The position numbers were made by a program, and so were the translations under genes. Of a stretch of 64,000 bases of DNA, positions 61,496 through 64,000 are shown piece after piece (position 1 is the stretch's first letter; every line of letters begins with the position of its first letter). This DNA is from Deltaproteobacteria bacterium (GTDB lineage: Bacteria; Myxococcota_A; UBA796; UBA2385), in NCBI GenBank assembly GCA_018401435.1, contig JAGYJW010000023.1, positions 25,327 through 89,326 of the forward strand. The letters run 5' to 3'. The notes below the pieces were generated by a model. The model ran no database searches and was not told the origin of the DNA. It saw only the letters and a list, made by a program, of their open reading frames with translations.

Positions 61496-63676
61496 ATGGA
61501 ATACCGCGGACTGCAGCTCGACCCCTTCCAGCAACAGGCCATCGAGGCCTTGCAGGCGGGGGAGAGCGTGCTGGTGTCTGCCCCCACCGGCACCGGAAAG
61601 ACCGTGGTGGCCGACTGGATGGTCGAGCGCACCCTGGCTGAGGGTGGCGAGGTCATCTACACCGCCCCCATCAAGGCCCTCAGCAACCAGAAATTCCGCG
61701 ACTATTGCAAGCTGCTGGGCGAGGACCGCGTCGGTCTGGTCACCGGCGACCTGGTCATCCGCCGCGAGGCCCCCTGCCGGGTGATGACCACCGAGATCCT
61801 GCGCAACATGCTGCTGGGCGGCGATCCACTGCCCAATCTGCGCGCCGTGATCATCGACGAGATCCACTTCCTTGATGACAACGAGCGCGGCACAGTCTGG
61901 GAGGAGGTGCTCATCTACCTGCACCAGCGGGTGCAGATCGTGGGCCTGTCCGCCACCCTGTCCAACCTGCAGGAATTCGCCGAGTGGCTGAGCTTTGTGC
62001 GCGAGCGCACGGTGCGGGTCATCGAAGAGCACAAGCGCGCCGTGCCGCTGACCTTCTTGATCGCCAGCCGCGAGGGCCAACTCAAGACGCCGGCCAATAT
62101 GGACCGCTTCTACAAGGAGTGGCAACACAAGAACGCCTACGCGCTGAAGCGGGTCGAGAGCAAGGGCGAGGACGGCGGCGCACGCACCCGCTACGGCCGG
62201 GGACGCGGCGGCGCTGGCGGCGGCGGGCAGGGGCGCAACCGGCGCGGTGACAAAGAGAAGGTGGGCAGCGTCACCCGTCACGGCGACGTCTTTCGGCTGC
62301 TGTGGCCCGATCTCTCCCCCTACCTCTTCTTCACCTTCTCGCGCCGGGACGCCGAGAATATGGCCAAGGGCCTGGCGGGGGGCTTGGAGTGGCCCCTGCT
62401 CGAAAAGGACGAATACGACCAGGTTGTCGCGCGTCTGGACGCCTTCCGCAAAGAGCCCGGCGCCGAGGCCGCCCTCGACGACGAGCTGGCCCGCATGCTG
62501 CGCGGGGGCGTGGGTTTTCACCATGCCGGCCTGCACGTCATGCTCAAGGCCCTGGTGGAGGAGCTCTACGAGCGCAAGCTCATCCGGGTGCTCTATTGCA
62601 CCGGCACCTTCGCCCTGGGCATCAACATGCCCGCCCGCACCGCCGTCTTTGACGGCCTGATGCGCTTTGACGGCAAGCAGATGATCAACCTGCCCAGCCG
62701 GGAATTCATGCAGATGGCCGGCCGCGCCGGTCGCCGGGGCATGGACGAGGAGGGTCTGGTGGTCGTGCGCTGCGATATCGATGACTGGGCTGAGTTGGCT
62801 CCCCAACTCAAGCAGTATCTGCAGGGCACCCTGGAGCCCGTGCGCAGCCGCTTCTCGCTCAGCTTCAACTCGGTGGTGAACCTGGTCGAGCGCCACCCCC
62901 CCGAGCGCATCCGGTCCCTGGTCGAGCGCAGCTTCCTGGCCTGGCACCGGGCCCGCCAGGGCGCCGAAGACGCCGTGCAGGTCGAGATCATGCGCGAGAA
63001 GCTGGAGGCTGCTGGCTGGACGGAGGACGGGGCGCCGCCCCGCAACCTGCGCCACGACATCAAGCGCCTGCGCCGCATCGAGAAGCGCGCTGAGGACGCC
63101 CAGGAGCAGACCTGGCGCGAGTTCACCGACAAGGTCGATTTCCTCAAGCGCTGGGGCTACCTCGAAGACGACGGCAGCTTCAACGCCGGCGCCCGCATCC
63201 TCAAGCACATCCAGATCAGCGAGGTCTTCGTCACCGAGCTGTTCCTGGCCGGCATCTTCGACGAGCTGGATCTGCCCGACCTCTTTGGCGTGCTCTGCGG
63301 CCTCTGCGCCAACCTGCCCCGGGGGGCCATCGTGCCGGCGGCCAAGCGCTACCGCGAGCTGGCCGGCCGCATCGAAAAGATCCGCCGCAGCGAGATCGTC
63401 ACCGCGTCCGAGGCCCTGTCGGGCACCGAGGTCACCTGGGATGGTGGGCTCATCCCCTTCGGCCGCTGGTGGGCCGAAGGAAAGACCCTGCCCGAGCTGA
63501 TGGGCCAGCTGCACACCACCACCGACGCCAGCGGCGACCTGGTGGGCGCCTTTCGCCGGGCCAAGGATCTGGCCGGTCAGCTCCGCGGCGCCTGGGAGGG
63601 CTTCCCCGAGCAGATCCGCGCGGTGGACGGCCTGATTCGCAGCGTCACCCGCGACGAGGTCGAGGTGGTGGACTGA
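61496..63676 (+). CDS. Ski2-like (HelY/Mtr4-type) DEAD/DEAH-box SF2 helicase
   Basis: Supporting motifs are 'APTGTGKTVVA', 'IIDEIHFLDD', 'SATLSN' and 'MAGRAGRRGMD', plus a C-terminal DSHCT-like region. The ATG is at 61496. Confidence 0.88.
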   Translation: MEYRGLQLDPFQQQAIEALQAGESVLVSAPTGTGKTVVADWMVERTLAEGGEVIYTAPIKALSNQKFRDYCKLLGEDRVGLVTGDLVIRREAPCRVMTTEILRNMLLGGDPLPNLRAVIIDEIHFLDDNERGTVWEEVLIYLHQRVQIVGLSATLSNLQEFAEWLSFVRERTVRVIEEHKRAVPLTFLIASREGQLKTPANMDRFYKEWQHKNAYALKRVESKGEDGGARTRYGRGRGGAGGGGQGRNRRGDKEKVGSVTRHGDVFRLLWPDLSPYLFFTFSRRDAENMAKGLAGGLEWPLLEKDEYDQVVARLDAFRKEPGAEAALDDELARMLRGGVGFHHAGLHVMLKALVEELYERKLIRVLYCTGTFALGINMPARTAVFDGLMRFDGKQMINLPSREFMQMAGRAGRRGMDEEGLVVVRCDIDDWAELAPQLKQYLQGTLEPVRSRFSLSFNSVVNLVERHPPERIRSLVERSFLAWHRARQGAEDAVQVEIMREKLEAAGWTEDGAPPRNLRHDIKRLRRIEKRAEDAQEQTWREFTDKVDFLKRWGYLEDDGSFNAGARILKHIQISEVFVTELFLAGIFDELDLPDLFGVLCGLCANLPRGAIVPAAKRYRELAGRIEKIRRSEIVTASEALSGTEVTWDGGLIPFGRWWAEGKTLPELMGQLHTTTDASGDLVGAFRRAKDLAGQLRGAWEGFPEQIRAVDGLIRSVTRDEVEVVD

Positions 63677-63694
63677 GAGGGGAGCCCGCCCCCC

Positions 63695-64000
63695 TCACAA
63701 GACGATGGTGGCCGAGCCCAGGGCGCCGAATGCGGTCATGCCCTGGATGGTGCTGCCATCCACCGGGCTGATGGTCTCGTTGACATTCCACCGGTAGAGG
63801 TAGATGGCGGCCAGGTCATACTCGTAGAAGGCCCCGAAATTGCTGGGGGGCACGACGAAGTAGCCGCTGTCATTGGCCACGCAGAAGATCTCGCCCGACA
63901 GGCTGCCCGACCAGCTGTCAAAGACCAGGATGTCGATGACCACGGCATCGGAGATGCCGGTGGGCGCCCAAGAGAAGCCCGCCCCCGAGCCCACGGACAT
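63695..64000 (-). CDS. C-terminal fragment of a hypothetical protein (gene continues beyond the window)
   Basis: The ORF is open to the window edge, has coding-like composition and ends '...GALGSATIVL'. I recognise no family. Confidence 0.4.
   Translation of the reverse strand: MSVGSGAGFSWAPTGISDAVVIDILVFDSWSGSLSGEIFCVANDSGYFVVPPSNFGAFYEYDLAAIYLYRWNVNETISPVDGSTIQGMTAFGALGSATIVL

Overview
This is a high-G+C bacterial chromosomal segment; single 60-nt lines that I hand-counted are mostly 70-75% G+C. I read about 50 protein-coding genes. I recognised no rRNA, tRNA, CRISPR array, transposase or integrase. The gene content suggests a Myxococcota-like organism, but that is tentative. The cues are many lipobox lipoproteins, a 7-blade FG-GAP protein with a Cys-rich DNDCDG motif, BamD, an S46 peptidase and multi-domain histidine kinases.

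Layout:
- 1-19.0 kb: a Wzy-dependent exopolysaccharide (EPS) locus. It holds a Wzy-like protein, a Wzc-type BY-kinase, a deacetylase, a priming sugar transferase, a GT4, a sulfotransferase-GT4 fusion, a CelD/FemAB-like GNAT, a broken GH2 and one more glycosyltransferase.
- Inside that locus, at 12.5-17.7 kb, sits a tight five-gene cassette. It encodes a double alpha/beta hydrolase, a carrier protein, an ACAD-fold flavoenzyme, an aaRS-like amino acid:[carrier protein] ligase and a DUF1839 protein.
- 19-22.3 kb: a translationally coupled HK / REC-HK / REC operon.
- 22.5-47.9 kb: mostly housekeeping genes. These include a RarA-methyltransferase fusion, a desaturase, TlpA, ABC-F, an S46 peptidase, BamD, HtrA, RluD, SelA, a trans-sulfuration PLP enzyme and XseA.
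- 47.9-49.7 kb: a lower-G+C DUF4157 (HExxH) polymorphic-toxin-like gene coupled to a small lipoprotein gene.
- 49.9-51.9 kb: hutF (broken) and hutG.
- 53.9-59.5 kb: a 1084-aa LysR-HTH / RimK ATP-grasp / GCS2 triple fusion, coupled by an ATGA overlap to a Thr-nucleophile alkaline-phosphatase-superfamily + TPR lipoprotein.
- 59.7-64 kb: cysE-cysK, a Ski2-like helicase and a partial gene at the window edge.

The strongest candidates for undescribed biology are the carrier-protein aminoacylation cassette inside the EPS locus and the regulator / double-amidoligase fusion operon.

Caveat: at least six genes show apparent frameshifts, mostly at short G/C runs. Sequence quality or pseudogenisation must be checked before any gene architecture here is trusted.
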